A DNA stretch of 39,556 nucleotides, taken from the IMG/VR virus record IMGVR_UViG_3300044495_000019, one strand, 5' to 3'. Shown here piece after piece: positions 8,802 through 17,455 of the stretch. The notes under the pieces were generated by a model. The model saw only the letters and a list, made by a program, of their open reading frames with translations, made no database searches and was not told the DNA's origin. The stretch comes from a virus. Each line of letters begins with the position of its first letter. The stretch's first letter is position 1. Both the position numbers and the translations under genes were made by a program.

Positions 8802-9463
8802 ATCCGCTCGAACAAGCGTACTACGATTCCATGTTCGCAGCGCGCTATCCGATGGCGCAGGATCCGGGCGTGCCGATCCGCGGGCCAGCGACCGAGACGG
8901 AAATGCGTGAGCCGACGGGTCCGCTTAAGCCGATGGATGGAAAGCAGGATCCGCATGGCAGTATTCAGGCCATCCCGCAGAATCAGATGCAGAAGGTACT
9001 CGGCCAGGCCGGCCGCATGATTCAGGGCTTTGCCGACCAGCTCGACAAGGTGGGCGTGAAATTCAAGGTTCCCGGCACCGAGGCCGAATTGAATCCTACG
9101 TTGAAGGACATCACGCTGGGCGATCTCGGCAAGGTACTGCAGGACATCAGCTACGGCTTCCCGCCGGTCACGGGCAAGGGTACGACTTTGCAGTTGAAGC
9201 CCGAGGCGCTGGAGATATTGAATGCCCTGATCCTTGCCGCGCCAGTGGCCGCTGTTGGCAAGGCGATAGGCAAAGGCGGAAAGACTGCTGCTACCGCAGC
9301 CGTCGGTGCGGTTGGCGCCCTGGCGTCCTCTCCCGCTGGCGGTGATGCCCCACAACCTGCCAGCAAGACGCTTTCCAAGATTAAAGCAAATTTGCCGGAA
9401 CGCTCGATCAAGTACGACGATAAGGGCCATCGCGCACCAGGAATGCAAGGAGCCAGAGGATGA
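8798..9463 (+). CDS. Virion-module protein, function unknown
   Basis: ATGA overlap with the upstream gene. 221 aa. Ala/Gly-rich hydrophobic C-terminal segment. Confidence 0.6.
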   Translation: MNPLEQAYYDSMFAARYPMAQDPGVPIRGPATETEMREPTGPLKPMDGKQDPHGSIQAIPQNQMQKVLGQAGRMIQGFADQLDKVGVKFKVPGTEAELNPTLKDITLGDLGKVLQDISYGFPPVTGKGTTLQLKPEALEILNALILAAPVAAVGKAIGKGGKTAATAAVGAVGALASSPAGGDAPQPASKTLSKIKANLPERSIKYDDKGHRAPGMQGARG

Positions 9464-9717
9464 GAGCCGAACTTGCTGATGGCACAGAACTCCATTTCCC
9501 GGACGAGATGCCGGATCACGCTATGGATATGGAAGTCATGAAGCACATGGCGATGAAGCAGCATACGACAGCGATGGAGCGCCATACCGAGGCGATGAAC
9601 AATCTCGCCCGTCAGATGGCTGATTTGGCTGCGGCCTTCCGCGCTCCGCGCAAAATCACGGTCGAACGCAATATCAAGGATGAAGTAACCGGCGCAACAT
9701 CAACCATCAAGAGGTAA
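9460..9717 (+). CDS. Small Met/His-rich hypothetical protein
   Basis: ATGA overlap with the upstream gene. 85 aa. Confidence 0.6.
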   Translation: MRAELADGTELHFPDEMPDHAMDMEVMKHMAMKQHTTAMERHTEAMNNLARQMADLAAAFRAPRKITVERNIKDEVTGATSTIKR

Positions 9718-9720
9718 TCC

Positions 9721-10164
9721 ATGTCAGCTACTAATGCTTTTGAAACTTCGCTACTTGGTCTAATCATCACCAACGCCGATGCGGCGAACGTGGGCGATGC
9801 CACAGGGCTGCGCGGCTCGACGACGGCCGGTGTATTCTGGATCTCGCTCACCGTGACTCCTGGACACGGCGATGCTGGCGATCAGACCACGAACGAGACG
9901 GCGTACACGAATTATGCCCGACAGGATGAGGCCAGAAACACGACGCAATGGACGGTAACGGGTGCCACTGCTGATAACGACAATGCAATCGGCTTCCCAA
10001 CTTGTGGGGCTTCGGGAGCTACATTATTCGGCTTTGGTCTGGGTTCAAATCAGACCACCGCCGGCAATCTTTTTCTCTACGGCGATTTGACAGCAACCCT
10101 CGCTGTATCGAATGGCGTCACGCCCAGCTTTGCGGCTGGCGCTCTTGACATCACGCTGGATTGA
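9721..10164 (+). CDS. Conserved phage structural-module protein, function unknown
   Basis: 147 aa. The pattern NETAYTNYARQ...IGFP...LFGFGLG recurs in phage tail regions (from memory). Confidence 0.6.
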   Translation: MSATNAFETSLLGLIITNADAANVGDATGLRGSTTAGVFWISLTVTPGHGDAGDQTTNETAYTNYARQDEARNTTQWTVTGATADNDNAIGFPTCGASGATLFGFGLGSNQTTAGNLFLYGDLTATLAVSNGVTPSFAAGALDITLD

Positions 10165-10166
10165 AC

Positions 10167-10406
10167 ATGGTCGCGATCGTAAATAACAATTTGCTCAAGC
10201 GCGAGAGCATCGCGGTTGAATCCGATGGCGATTTCGTCGTGATCCATCTTGGAAACGTCACGGCGAAAATTCCTTACGAGACGGCACTGCTCCTTTCGCA
10301 ATGGATCCGCATGCGGGCGAAGGAAGCCAAACGCCGCGCTGGCGACAATTCGCGGCATTGGTCCGCCATCGGCACCCTGCACGATGCGAGCGTGACGAGA
10401 GGTTGA
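10167..10406 (+). CDS. Hypothetical protein
   Basis: ATG at 10167. An alternative TTG at 10161 overlaps the upstream stop. 79 aa. Confidence 0.55.
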   Translation: MVAIVNNNLLKRESIAVESDGDFVVIHLGNVTAKIPYETALLLSQWIRMRAKEAKRRAGDNSRHWSAIGTLHDASVTRG

Positions 10407-10407
10407 C

Positions 10408-10752
10408 ATGGCCCGCCTCTGCATTCGCATTCTGCCGAACCCGAACACGACAGAGCCATCGCTTAACGTGATGCGGACTCAGGAGGGCGACGTGGTGTGC
10501 ATCGTGGACGATGGCCATGCGTTTAGCTTCGGTGAGTTGAATTGTGGGCATTACCGGATTATTGATATTCCGGGAGTGCCACCAGCCGACCTCGCTAACT
10601 TGGTCGAATCCGTATTTGATGCTGATGGGGCCACGATACTGCGGCGCAGACGATTCACATTACTGATAACGGTGCTTAATTCCGGTCCGTGGAAGAACCG
10701 CACCACCGCGACCAAGGCGCAGATTGATTCGATTACTACGGACAAGACATGA
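10408..10752 (+). CDS. Hypothetical protein
   Basis: ATG 2 nt after the upstream stop. 114 aa. Confidence 0.6.
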   Translation: MARLCIRILPNPNTTEPSLNVMRTQEGDVVCIVDDGHAFSFGELNCGHYRIIDIPGVPPADLANLVESVFDADGATILRRRRFTLLITVLNSGPWKNRTTATKAQIDSITTDKT

Positions 10753-11972
10753 CGACCACGGTAGTCAAGACCATCGGCACAACCGGAGACTTCTCCACCC
10801 CCCAACTGTGGGAAGACGGTGCGCCAGCAGACCTGACGACCGCAGAGAAGTCCCCGGCAAATACGTTCTCCGGGACGTTTGTGCAGGGCGAGAGCCTGAC
10901 TTTCACGGGTTCCGGCGCAACTGGAAAGTTTCTTCACACTGACAACTCGACCTACATTATTTACGGGTTGATTACTGGAAACCCGGCATCGGGAGATTCG
11001 GTTGCAGGAGCAACTGCATCCTGCGTTTTAACTAGCAGCACGCCGGATGATACCGGCGTGATCTGGCAGGGACAGTGCCAGAATCAGGAGTTTTCCGGCG
11101 CGACCAATAGATTGAGCATAGCAGGATCGACCAGCTCCTCTACTGCCTACAAAGAATGCACAACTGTTGCCGGGGCGTCCTTTAGAGACAATGCGAATGT
11201 TCAGACCAATGCATTGATGTACAACGCCTCTAATGGCGCCGGACTTCGATGCACGGCGATAGATTCAGAAACATGCGTATCTGTTACAGAGGCAAACACG
11301 AGAATTGCCAACCTGCAGATTTCAAATGCAGCAACAGACAGACAAGCATTGTCCTCTACTGCTGCAACATCATTTTATGATGATCTCATCATAGAAGGAA
11401 AAGATACCAGAGCCGGCTCATCCACTGGCGCCGCGCTTGTTGGCAGCACTGGTACGCTAAGAAATTCGGTTGTTATTCAGCGTAGTTCTGTGGCCGATCA
11501 TATATTGGGAACTTTCACAGGATCGCCTAGTTTATTTAACTGCGCATTTGTAGCACCAGATGATCTCGGAACTGCTCCGGTATCGGTTCTAGCTGGAGAT
11601 ACTGGCACGGTGACGGCGCAGAACTGCGGCTTGTTCGCCGGAGATTCTACTAAGGCGGTGAAATCAGGAACCGCGACTTTCAACTTCACCACCTGCTATT
11701 CCGACATCTCTGGTACTGCAGGGGTGACGCAGACGACCTACTCCAGCGAGTTCCAGAACGTCAACGACGCAACCAGAGACTTCAGGCTCAAGACCGGGGC
11801 AGCTCAGATCGACACCGGCACGACGGACGCGACGAACGCGCAGTTCGACATAGCCGGAACAGAGAGGCCAGAAGGGGCAGCCTACGATGTAGGTTGTTGG
11901 GAGCTGGTGCAGGGCGGTGAGCCGCCGGTGGCACCGACATTACGGGTCATTCAAAGCGGTTTAATTTGGTAA
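10749..11972 (+). CDS. Tail fibre/spike-like protein, probable parallel beta-helix
   Basis: The N-terminus KTIGTTGDFSTPQLWEDGAP is typical of phage beta-helix tail proteins. T/S/G/A/N-rich. ATGA overlap with the upstream gene. Confidence 0.55.
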   Translation: MTTTVVKTIGTTGDFSTPQLWEDGAPADLTTAEKSPANTFSGTFVQGESLTFTGSGATGKFLHTDNSTYIIYGLITGNPASGDSVAGATASCVLTSSTPDDTGVIWQGQCQNQEFSGATNRLSIAGSTSSSTAYKECTTVAGASFRDNANVQTNALMYNASNGAGLRCTAIDSETCVSVTEANTRIANLQISNAATDRQALSSTAATSFYDDLIIEGKDTRAGSSTGAALVGSTGTLRNSVVIQRSSVADHILGTFTGSPSLFNCAFVAPDDLGTAPVSVLAGDTGTVTAQNCGLFAGDSTKAVKSGTATFNFTTCYSDISGTAGVTQTTYSSEFQNVNDATRDFRLKTGAAQIDTGTTDATNAQFDIAGTERPEGAAYDVGCWELVQGGEPPVAPTLRVIQSGLIW

Positions 11973-11984
11973 AGGAGAAATAAC

Positions 11985-12422
11985 ATGGCACGCTTTTCAG
12001 TTGCAGGACGTTCGACTGTTGTAGGTACAGCAGCACGAGCAATGGCTTCGTTGTTCGCCGCTGCGGGTTCTGGCGCGCGTATCCGTGAGGTCGGGGTATT
12101 CAACACTACCACGACGGCGCTTGCGGTAGGACTCATCCGGTTCACGAATGCGACCGGCGTGGGTGCAGGTTTGACGGAAGCCGAGCATGATGAGAATGCG
12201 CCACCGCCTTTGAGCACGGGCTTCGCAGGCCACACGGCTGATGGCGCCGTGGGGCAAGTGTTTCGGCAAGCGTCACTGGGTGCTGCGATAGGTTCCGGCG
12301 TGATTTGGACATTCGGCGATTCCGGGCTAGTGATTGTGTTGGGCACAGCCAACGGCATCGGGATTCATTGTCCGACCGGCACCGGCCAGATTTGCGATTA
12401 CTACATCGACTGGGATGAATAA
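11985..12422 (+). CDS. Hypothetical structural-module protein
   Basis: 145 aa. G/A/T-rich, ends in WDE. Confidence 0.55.
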   Translation: MARFSVAGRSTVVGTAARAMASLFAAAGSGARIREVGVFNTTTTALAVGLIRFTNATGVGAGLTEAEHDENAPPPLSTGFAGHTADGAVGQVFRQASLGAAIGSGVIWTFGDSGLVIVLGTANGIGIHCPTGTGQICDYYIDWDE

Positions 12423-12453
12423 ACGAATCCATTAATAGTGAGCAGGTGGTGAT

Positions 12454-13116
12454 ATGTCAACAGTCGTCTGGTGTCCTTCAAGCGGTGCGGCTCCGGTTAG
12501 TCCGACGCCAAGCACCGGCACGTGGACGCTGCATGTTAGTGCCAATAGTCGGGCAATGCAGTTTGATCGTGTGGACTCAACAAAGACGAGCTTGGCCTAT
12601 AACCCCGACGGCGCCGATCACCTTGTTGATGGTAACTCGATGATCTGCCAGTTCGTGAGTGAGATACTACCACCGCAAACGATTCCTGCCCAGAACATTG
12701 GCTACGGAGCGGAAATGCTGGAAGTAGCGGTTAGTAATAACCTCTTTTCCATACTTCGGCTTTATGGATGCAACGTGGCCGGCACAACTAATTTAGGGAC
12801 TATGCTGGCCGGAGCGCGACATACCGTAGAACTGACAGCAGCGCTGCTTGGATCATGCCGGGTTGATCTTAGCTCGGCTGTTACCTTCAACGAGCCGTGG
12901 CGACTTGTCGCGGAGTGGGGAGTCGGAGGTTTGCCTGTGAATACGGCAACAGACACCCACAATGCTTCTATCTCTTTTGACACGACGTTTCCGGTAGGGG
13001 CCATGATTCTTCCGCAAGATGCAGATTCGGGCAACTGTCCGTCGATTATTGTTTTCTCGAATGATATCGCTCGTCTGCCTCGCGGCGGCGGTGCGTCTTA
13101 TAATCTAGGAATTTAA
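12454..13116 (+). CDS. Hypothetical structural-module protein
   Basis: ATG start. 220 aa. Confidence 0.55.
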   Translation: MSTVVWCPSSGAAPVSPTPSTGTWTLHVSANSRAMQFDRVDSTKTSLAYNPDGADHLVDGNSMICQFVSEILPPQTIPAQNIGYGAEMLEVAVSNNLFSILRLYGCNVAGTTNLGTMLAGARHTVELTAALLGSCRVDLSSAVTFNEPWRLVAEWGVGGLPVNTATDTHNASISFDTTFPVGAMILPQDADSGNCPSIIVFSNDIARLPRGGGASYNLGI

Positions 13117-13117
13117 C

Positions 13118-13432
13118 ATGGCTGCTCCATATAATCCCCCAAAGAAAAATGAAGATTTTCTTATTCGCATCGCTTTGATGGATGCGAGCGACCAGCGTTC
13201 ATTCAAGATAACGCCAACTATTGCGGCGGGTGACTTCCAAGTGACCACGGATGCTGGTGGCTTTGGCAATCTTGGCACAATTCCTGCTGTTAGTCCGGCA
13301 GCGACTTGTAGTGTGTTAGTAACTCTTTCTGCTGCGGAAATGAACGGAGATGTGATTACTGTTCGCGGAGTGGATCAAACTAATCCGAAAGAGTGGTGCG
13401 ACTTCTTTTTAAGTATTCCCACGGCCCAATGA
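13118..13432 (+). CDS. Hypothetical structural-module protein
   Basis: ATG 2 nt after the upstream stop. 104 aa. Confidence 0.6.
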   Translation: MAAPYNPPKKNEDFLIRIALMDASDQRSFKITPTIAAGDFQVTTDAGGFGNLGTIPAVSPAATCSVLVTLSAAEMNGDVITVRGVDQTNPKEWCDFFLSIPTAQ

Positions 13433-13614
13433 CCTATAAAGCGTTCTTCGGGAATCCTTCGGCAGATGTTCTCGCTGCGCCGCCTTTAGACTTAATTCTT
13501 AGGGTGCCGAAAGAGCCAGCATCCTTTATCCGTACACTACAAAGCAACGCCATTGCGCCACCGCAAGTCGCTGGTATTTCCGATCTTGTGATGCCCCCCT
13601 ATAGGCCAACATGA
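13429..13614 (+). CDS. Small hypothetical protein
   Basis: ATGA overlaps at both ends (13429 and 13611). 61 aa. Confidence 0.5.
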   Translation: MTYKAFFGNPSADVLAAPPLDLILRVPKEPASFIRTLQSNAIAPPQVAGISDLVMPPYRPT

Positions 13615-14366
13615 GCAAGCTACGTTATCCAATCCCGGCTTATACCCCGGCGGGTCGCAAAACCGTTTCGAGGGTTGTGAGCGGGCTTGTGCCAGCGGCA
13701 GCCGGCGCGATCGATGGCGTAGCCTCTTTCAGCTTCGCCAACACAGCCACGATGCTCGGGGCTGGGGCATTAGCCGGAACCGCAACTATCACATTCTCAA
13801 ATCCCGCGACGCTGATGGGTGCAGCTCCATTAGTTGGGACCATCACTTTCAGTTTCGTAAACTCTGGCACTGTCCTCGGGGATGGCATACTTGCCGGTGC
13901 GGCTCCGATTGTTTTCATCAACAGTGGAATGGTCGTCGGCGCGGGTATTCTCGCCGGAACATCGCCGATCGTTTTCACCGATACCGCTACGCTCGTCGGA
14001 GCTGGCGAGCTTGCGGGTTCAATCGCTGTCACCTTCACGAATGCCGCAACGCTTCTGGGAGCGAGCGCTCTGGCCGGTGCATCTGATCTCGTATTTACGA
14101 ACAATGGAACACTCATCGATGCGTCGGCTGGTGACATAGCCGGAACGATCACATTTTCGTTTGTGAACAGCGGAACCCTGATCGACTCAACTCCTGCTGC
14201 TGCGGTCGCTGGCTTCAAGATGGATTGGGAGACGGGACGCAGACGCAAGCGCGATGAGGAAACCCCGAGAATCGAGACTGACGACGAGGATGCAATCATC
14301 GCCATCCTTGCGGCGGAACTCGCTACCTACGACAATTCACGCAGTCACCGGATAGGAGTGCCGTGA
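13611..14366 (+). CDS. Repeat protein with eight 20-residue units (putative beta-solenoid appendage) and an acidic/basic tail
   Basis: Phe recurs with an exact 20-aa period (residues 62, 82, 102, 122, 142, 162, 182) within units of the form (I/V)xFxNxxT(L/V)xGAGxLAG. Confidence 0.65.
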   Translation: MSKLRYPIPAYTPAGRKTVSRVVSGLVPAAAGAIDGVASFSFANTATMLGAGALAGTATITFSNPATLMGAAPLVGTITFSFVNSGTVLGDGILAGAAPIVFINSGMVVGAGILAGTSPIVFTDTATLVGAGELAGSIAVTFTNAATLLGASALAGASDLVFTNNGTLIDASAGDIAGTITFSFVNSGTLIDSTPAAAVAGFKMDWETGRRRKRDEETPRIETDDEDAIIAILAAELATYDNSRSHRIGVP

Positions 14367-14551
14367 TGATCTACGCCCGCGCGCTCAAGACAGATCGAGT
14401 ACTTCGCCTGATCATGGTGATAGTCCAGGTATTGCACGCGGCACTCCTCGAACGCGGCCTGCCGTTCGGCATGGCGCTGGCTTGCGATCATCCACAGCAC
14501 CAGAAGCGCCACGATCAGCAGCAAATGCTTGTTTTGCAGAATCCAGTTCAT
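14345..14551 (-). CDS. Small membrane-anchored protein encoded antisense inside the structural operon
   Basis: It fills the only ~200-nt gap on the + strand in this module. 68 aa: MNWILQNKHLLLIVALLVLWMIA (TM segment) followed by a Cys/His-containing tail. Third codon positions are mostly G/C. No clear SD sequence. Confidence 0.5.
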   Translation of the reverse strand: MNWILQNKHLLLIVALLVLWMIASQRHAERQAAFEECRVQYLDYHHDQAKYSICLERAGVDHHGTPIR

Positions 14552-14562
14552 AGGGCGGCAGT

Positions 14563-17427
14563 ATGACCCTCGACGCCAGGCTCGACAAGCTGAAGGCACC
14601 CGAGGCCGCCAACGCTGCGCTTGATAGGAATCTCGACGAGTTTCTATCGAAGAACGCGCAAGTAGATGATCCGGTGCAAGTTGCGGGAATCGGCACCGGC
14701 CTACGGAGCCTCATTCGCAAGGTCATTCCCGAGCAGGCGCCGCGCGCGCCCGTGCCGCCGCACCAGCCGAAGCCTTCGCCGCAGCCCGCCGCGGTCGAGA
14801 AGCTGATCACGCCGAAGGTGGCCGCTGAGGTAGCCGAGCGCGTCGAGATGAGCGCGGCCTCGCCGCTGACCGGCAAGCCGCCCGACGAGCTCTTCAACTG
14901 GATGCGTACCGGATTGCCGGACGATGCCAACCAATTCATCAACGAGGCGGCCAAGGCCGCGGGCGTGACGCGGCCGCAGCGGGTGACGCACCAGAAGATC
15001 CTCGATGATCTATCCGAGATGGGGTACAAGCCCCGCGACGTCGACTGGATCGTGAACTATGCGGACAACACCGAGCAGATGCGCCGCGTGGCAATGGCGC
15101 GTGAGCTCCTCGTCACCACAGCACAGCGCACGCAAGACTTGGCAAAGCAGTTGACCATCAACCCCTCGCCCGAACTCGCGTTCAGTTATCACCAGGCGAC
15201 GGTACTGCTCGGCCAGATTTCCAAGGGCGTGAAAAACATTTCCACCGATTATGCCCGCGCGCTCGGAGTCATGCGTGCAACGCCCACCGGCAACGTCGAG
15301 GAACTCGAAATGGCGTTGAGCAGCCTGGGCGGAATGGATAACGTCATTGCGCACGCCGGGAAACTCGCCGCGCTCGACCTCGCCAACACGGCGAATATCA
15401 AGCGCATGGCCGACATGGCCGAGCGCTCCACCTGGTCGAAGGTCAAGGATATATGGGTGACAACTTGGATTAATGGGCTCCTGTCCTCGCCCATCACCCA
15501 TGCCAAGAACACGCTCGGCAATGAACTGTTCGCCGCAATCCAGGTGCCTGAGCGCTTCGTGGGTTCCCTCATCGGGCGCGCGCGCGGCGCCGAGGATGCG
15601 ATCGAGATGGCCGAGTCGGTGGCCTTGCTGCGCGGCATGGTGGCGGGCCAGGCGAAGGCGCTGGAGGCGTTCGGCAAAGGCTTCGTCAACAACGCGCCGG
15701 TTTCCACCACCGGCTCGAAGCTGGCTGACGCCGGGGCGACCGTCTCCGACTTCGGCGATCACCTTGGCATAGGTGGGCAAATGGGCCGCGCCATGAACCT
15801 CTACGGCAAGGCGGTGACGCTCCCGGGGCGCGCACTCATGGCCGAGGACGAGTATTTCAAGGTGCAGGGCTATTACATGGAGCTCTACGCCGCCGGCTCG
15901 AGGGCTGGGTCGGCCGCCCGCCGGGAAGCGCTTGCAGCCGGGAAAAGCCCGGGTGAGGCGGCAGGTATTGAGTCCCGTATCGCCCGCGAGGTAATCGACA
16001 ACCCCTCGCAGGAGATTAGCGCTGCGGCTTGGGACACCGCCCGCTATCTCACCTTCACCGACGCGCTCGAGCACGGCACGGTCGGCCGCAAGTTTCAGGA
16101 CTTGGCGGCCTCCAACGTGGTGGCGCGCATGTTTCTGCCGTTCGTGAGGACTCCGGTCAACATCGCTGCGGCGACCCTTGAGAGGACGCCCTTCGCCCCC
16201 TTCACCAAGCACTTCCAGCAGGGGTGGGCTGCCGGTGGCATTGAGCGCGACATGGCGATTGCCCGGGTGGCGGTCGGAACTTCGCTCCTGACCACCGCCG
16301 GCTACTTGGGCACGGTGGGGCGCATCACCGGCAGCGGGCCGGGCGATCCGGGACAGCGCGACGCCTTGATGCGCTCCGGCTGGCAGCCCTACGCCTTCAC
16401 CTTTTACAAGGACGAGCTGAACGCTTCCATCCGCAAGCTTCTGTCGGATCACGGGCGCCTGACCGAGACCAACGACAAAGTATTCTGGACCTTCGCCGGC
16501 CTGGAACCCTTGGGCGGGATCCTCGCGATGGGGGCGGACTATGCCGAGTACTCGCGCTGGAACGACAACGTGGAGGAAGTCGAGGCGGTGGGCTATGGGA
16601 TGGCCTTCGGGCTCGCCCGCTACGCGATGGAGCTGCCCTACCTGCAGGGCATGGCGGAAGTCATGCAGATGTTGACGGGCTACGGCAACGGCCAGATTAC
16701 GCCCGACACGGTGAAGCGCGCGGTGACGATGCTCGCCAAGACGGCGACCTCTTTCGCCATCGGCGGCTCGCCCGCCGGCGCCTACTCCTCGGCCCAGGCC
16801 GGCATAGAGCGCTACCTCGACCCAACAGCATCGGACACCCGAGCCGCACCAGGGGCGGACCCCACGATCCGCGGCGTGATGGAAGCCTTCAACCGTTACC
16901 GCTCGCGGGTGCCGGGCTTGTCCGCCAGCCTGCCGCCCAAGACCAACCGCTGGGCCGAGCCCATCGAGTACGGCGAAGGGGCGCTCTATGAGACCGTCTC
17001 GCCGATCCGGGTCAAGGCCGGCAGTCAGAAAGAGGTCGATAAGCTGTGGCTGGAATATGACTTGCCCCGTGCGCAACCTTCGCGCTTGATCTCTTGGCCG
17101 GAGCGCCCTGATATGGCTGGCGTACGCGTTGAGTTGACCGCCGAGCAACACAACGAGTTGAAGCGCGTCTACGCCTGGGAAGTGCGGGACGGCGACGGAA
17201 TGAACGTGCAGCAGGCACTCGTCGCGGCCTCCAAGGATCCAGCCTTCTCCAAGATGAGCTTCGGCTCTCAACAACAATACTTGAACAAGATCGACAGTGC
17301 ATTCATGTCTGTGGCGCGCACGCAATTCGTCAACACCTCGCGCTTCGCTGGCCCATTGCAAGCCGAGTTCGAGCGCAAGAAGTTATCCGCCGATGCCTAT
17401 GGCATCTATTCCGATGAGTTGAGATAG
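14563..17427 (+). CDS. Large internal virion / DNA-ejection protein
   Basis: 954 aa, the largest ORF. Located in the tail/core module. No enzymatic motif recognised by eye. Confidence 0.55.
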   Translation: MTLDARLDKLKAPEAANAALDRNLDEFLSKNAQVDDPVQVAGIGTGLRSLIRKVIPEQAPRAPVPPHQPKPSPQPAAVEKLITPKVAAEVAERVEMSAASPLTGKPPDELFNWMRTGLPDDANQFINEAAKAAGVTRPQRVTHQKILDDLSEMGYKPRDVDWIVNYADNTEQMRRVAMARELLVTTAQRTQDLAKQLTINPSPELAFSYHQATVLLGQISKGVKNISTDYARALGVMRATPTGNVEELEMALSSLGGMDNVIAHAGKLAALDLANTANIKRMADMAERSTWSKVKDIWVTTWINGLLSSPITHAKNTLGNELFAAIQVPERFVGSLIGRARGAEDAIEMAESVALLRGMVAGQAKALEAFGKGFVNNAPVSTTGSKLADAGATVSDFGDHLGIGGQMGRAMNLYGKAVTLPGRALMAEDEYFKVQGYYMELYAAGSRAGSAARREALAAGKSPGEAAGIESRIAREVIDNPSQEISAAAWDTARYLTFTDALEHGTVGRKFQDLAASNVVARMFLPFVRTPVNIAAATLERTPFAPFTKHFQQGWAAGGIERDMAIARVAVGTSLLTTAGYLGTVGRITGSGPGDPGQRDALMRSGWQPYAFTFYKDELNASIRKLLSDHGRLTETNDKVFWTFAGLEPLGGILAMGADYAEYSRWNDNVEEVEAVGYGMAFGLARYAMELPYLQGMAEVMQMLTGYGNGQITPDTVKRAVTMLAKTATSFAIGGSPAGAYSSAQAGIERYLDPTASDTRAAPGADPTIRGVMEAFNRYRSRVPGLSASLPPKTNRWAEPIEYGEGALYETVSPIRVKAGSQKEVDKLWLEYDLPRAQPSRLISWPERPDMAGVRVELTAEQHNELKRVYAWEVRDGDGMNVQQALVAASKDPAFSKMSFGSQQQYLNKIDSAFMSVARTQFVNTSRFAGPLQAEFERKKLSADAYGIYSDELR

Positions 17428-17455
17428 AGCATGTCCAATCTTCAAGAGGCACGTT

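Noticed and set aside
14355-14449. 9-bp inverted repeat GGAGTGCCG / CGGCACTCC flanking part of the antisense small ORF; considered as an invertible-segment boundary for the serine recombinase
   Set aside because: The repeat is short enough to arise by chance. It lies within the small ORF instead of flanking a promoter, and it does not resemble known invertase crossover sites.
15010-17361. 783-aa antisense ORF; similar cases at 7353..8288 (311 aa) and 8576..9448 (290 aa)
   Set aside because: These lie opposite well-supported, coupled + strand genes. Their products are Arg/Gly/Ala/His-rich and low in complexity. This is the typical stop-codon-poor antisense frame of GC-rich DNA.
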